From contig CAYVVG010000007.1 of NCBI GenBank assembly GCA_964455285.1, positions 1,751-65,750 on the forward strand: a stretch of DNA of 64,000 nucleotides, given 5' to 3'. The stretch's first letter is position 1. Every line of letters begins with the position of its first letter. Positions 62,639 through 64,000 of this stretch are shown here, one piece after another. The notes beneath the pieces were generated by a model. The model made no database searches, was not told where the DNA came from, and worked only from the letters and a program-made list of their open reading frames with translations. The DNA comes from an uncultured Prolixibacteraceae bacterium. Lineage in GTDB: Bacteria > Bacteroidota > Bacteroidia > Bacteroidales > FEN-979. Both the position numbers and the translations under genes were made by a program.

Positions 62639-62648
62639 CGGGTGCCAT
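62621..62648. repeat. heptamer tandem array (GTGACGS) x3 plus partial
   Basis: gtgacgc gtgacgc gtgacgg gtgccat. It contains the regulator stop codon (62636-62638). Confidence 0.9.
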
Positions 62649-62737
62649 TGGGTTTCATTTCCGGTTAAATTTTATTTGACAAATGAAAAATATCGGGTAT
62701 TTTCAATTTGTGAAATAATAATACTCCTTGTCTGAAA

Positions 62738-63355
62738 TTGTTTTTCACGATGGAAACGTTGAAGAGAAAATTATTTCAGAACCTTGCCGGCCATTTGAAA
62801 CAAAGGGGTGAAGAGGTTTATCAGTTGACCCTCGAGGACCATGCGATCCTGGCGCGGCTGAATCAACATCCCGGGAATCTGTTCGAATTTGTGGCTGCAA
62901 AACCCGGGAAACGACTGTTTGTCCTGATCGATGAAATCCAGTATCTCGAAGATCCTTCCAATTTTCTGAAGCTGATCTACGATAAATATCATTCGCGGGT
63001 AAAGATCATTGCGACCGGAAGCAGCGCTTTTTACCTGGACCGGAAATTCAAGGACTCTCTGGCCGGCCGTAAACAACTGTTTGAGTTGTACACCCTTGAT
63101 TTTGATGAGTTCCTCCTTTTCCGGACGCTTCATGGCACCGATGATCTTCGATTCTGGCGCACCACGGATGGATCGGAAGTTGATTTTATCATTCCCTCGG
63201 GACCCGGAAATGGCAGCGCCATTGAAGTTAAATTTGAAGAGACCGGCTATAATCCTTCAAAATACCGGAAATTTCGCGAAAATTACCCGGGTTATCCCCT
63301 CCGGCTCAGGGCATTCCGGTCATCGGAAAACCAGACTTCGCTGATAGCCCTGTGA
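62738..63355 (+). pseudogene. remnant of an AAA_14/DUF4143-type ATPase
   Basis: It retains LFVLIDEIQYLEDPSNFLKLIYD..KIIATGSSAFYL..DSLAGR (Walker B region) and the C-terminal ..WRTTDGSEVDFII... It lacks the Walker A segment and most of the DUF4143 middle. It is 205 aa, versus the roughly 390 aa I recall for this family. Low-GC segment. Confidence 0.55.
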
Positions 63356-63387
63356 GGTCACCATTCTGCCGGGATACAGAACCACAG

Positions 63388-63450
63388 TTGCCTGTTGCCT
63401 GTTGCCTGATGCCTGATCAGATCGTCGATCGTAGATCGTACATCGTAGAT
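63388..63450. repeat. composite STR element (C' B' blocks), 9 in-register heptads
   Basis: gcctgtt gcctgtt gcctgat gcctgat cagatcg tcgatcg tagatcg tacatcg tagatcg. Same block order and junction as 49316-49378. Confidence 0.9.
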
Positions 63451-63528
63451 CGGAATTCCGGTACACTCTTTGTTCCCTCCTTCCCTTTTGGTAATATTGT
63501 CCTCTCTTCCGGACGAAATCAAACCCGT

Positions 63529-64000
63529 ATGAAAATTTCCGCACGTTTCCTTCTGCCGTTCATGCTTGTGACGGCTGCCATCATCTCTGTTCCCCTCTAT
63601 TCCCAAAAGAAAGTAAAACCACCGGCTCCCTCTTTCGTCCGCTCGTCCGCTCATCCCTTCGCTATCTTGTGGCAGCAGGCCGACTCCCTTGCCGCCCTTG
63701 GCCAGCCCCGCTCGGCGCTGGAGGTGGTCGAAAAGATCTACCGGCAGGCAAAAAAAGATCAGAACGATCCGCAATGGATCAAAGCGGTCATATACCGCAT
63801 CCGGCTGAATTCGGAATTCCAGGAGGATTTCCTTCCCCGGATCATGGCCGGGCTGAAGAAGGAGATGGAAGAGGCACAGCCGCCATCCCGTCAGATCCTG
63901 CAATCCATCCTGGCCGAGGTTTACTGGAAATATTACCAGAACAACCAGTACCGGTTCCGCGACCGGACCCGCATCGGCGGCAACCTTCCCGACAGTGTCG
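63529..64000 (+). CDS. secreted protein, C-terminus outside window (N-terminus reminiscent of Bacteroidota alpha-2-macroglobulin-family proteins)
   Basis: Hand translation from the ATG at 63529: MKISARFLLPFMLVTAAIISVPLYSQKKVKPP...WQQADSLAALGQPRSALEVVEKIYRQAKKDQNDPQWIKAVIYRIRL..., open to the window end. It is not in the ORF track because it has no stop. The family assignment is from memory only. Confidence 0.55.
   Translation, partial: MKISARFLLPFMLVTAAIISVPLYSQKKVKPPAPSFVRSSAHPFAILWQQADSLAALGQPRSALEVVEKIYRQAKKDQNDPQWIKAVIYRIRLNSEFQEDFLPRIMAGLKKEMEEAQPPSRQILQSILAEVYWKYYQNNQYRFRDRTRIGGNLPDSV

Overview
The window has two parts. Nt 1-6190 is the right end of a low-GC integrated element, about 35-40 % GC in hand-counted 60-nt samples. 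It carries a tyrosine integrase, a DnaA/Hda-like ATPase, an AAA ATPase, an AT-hook protein and several orphan genes. The remaining ~58 kb is GC-rich chromosome (about 58-65 %) of Bacteroidota/FCB type. Evidence for that placement is the TAnnTTTG -7 boxes, the ftsX-DUF3098-uppP-truB synteny, and 12 proteins ending in a T9SS C-terminal sorting domain. Housekeeping genes recognised are leuS, truB, uppP, ftsX, tadA, an rhaD-like aldolase, a histidine kinase/OmpR-type regulator pair, a CheY-like receiver and an HD hydrolase. Accessory content includes three S8 subtilases, one of which carries a dockerin plus cohesin and sits next to a 3x-cohesin protein. It also includes BNR/beta-propeller/beta-helix T9SS cargo, an endonuclease I family nuclease and two tandem YD-like repeat proteins.

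Three things seem most worth a second look:
- **Intergenic mosaic repeat elements.** A family of elements built from blocks of 7-9-nt tandem repeats. One 186-bp element keeps 18 heptads of four different motifs in a single register. Copies sit at stop codons and at GC-composition junctions, occur as direct or inverted pairs around low-GC gene cassettes, and share conserved inter-block junctions.
- **A four-gene operon at 22766-27652.** It encodes a TIGR02594-like NlpC/P60 peptidase, a 394-aa 3-TM protein, an SH3b-subtilase without signal peptide and a 676-aa secreted orphan. I cannot assign it to any described system.
- **A 77-aa protein at 37764-37997.** It consists only of a signal peptide, a Pro/Gly linker and a PEP-CTERM-style (P-I-D) sorting tail.

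All functional calls rest on motif recognition by eye. No database or HMM search was possible, and GC values come from a few hand-counted stretches only.
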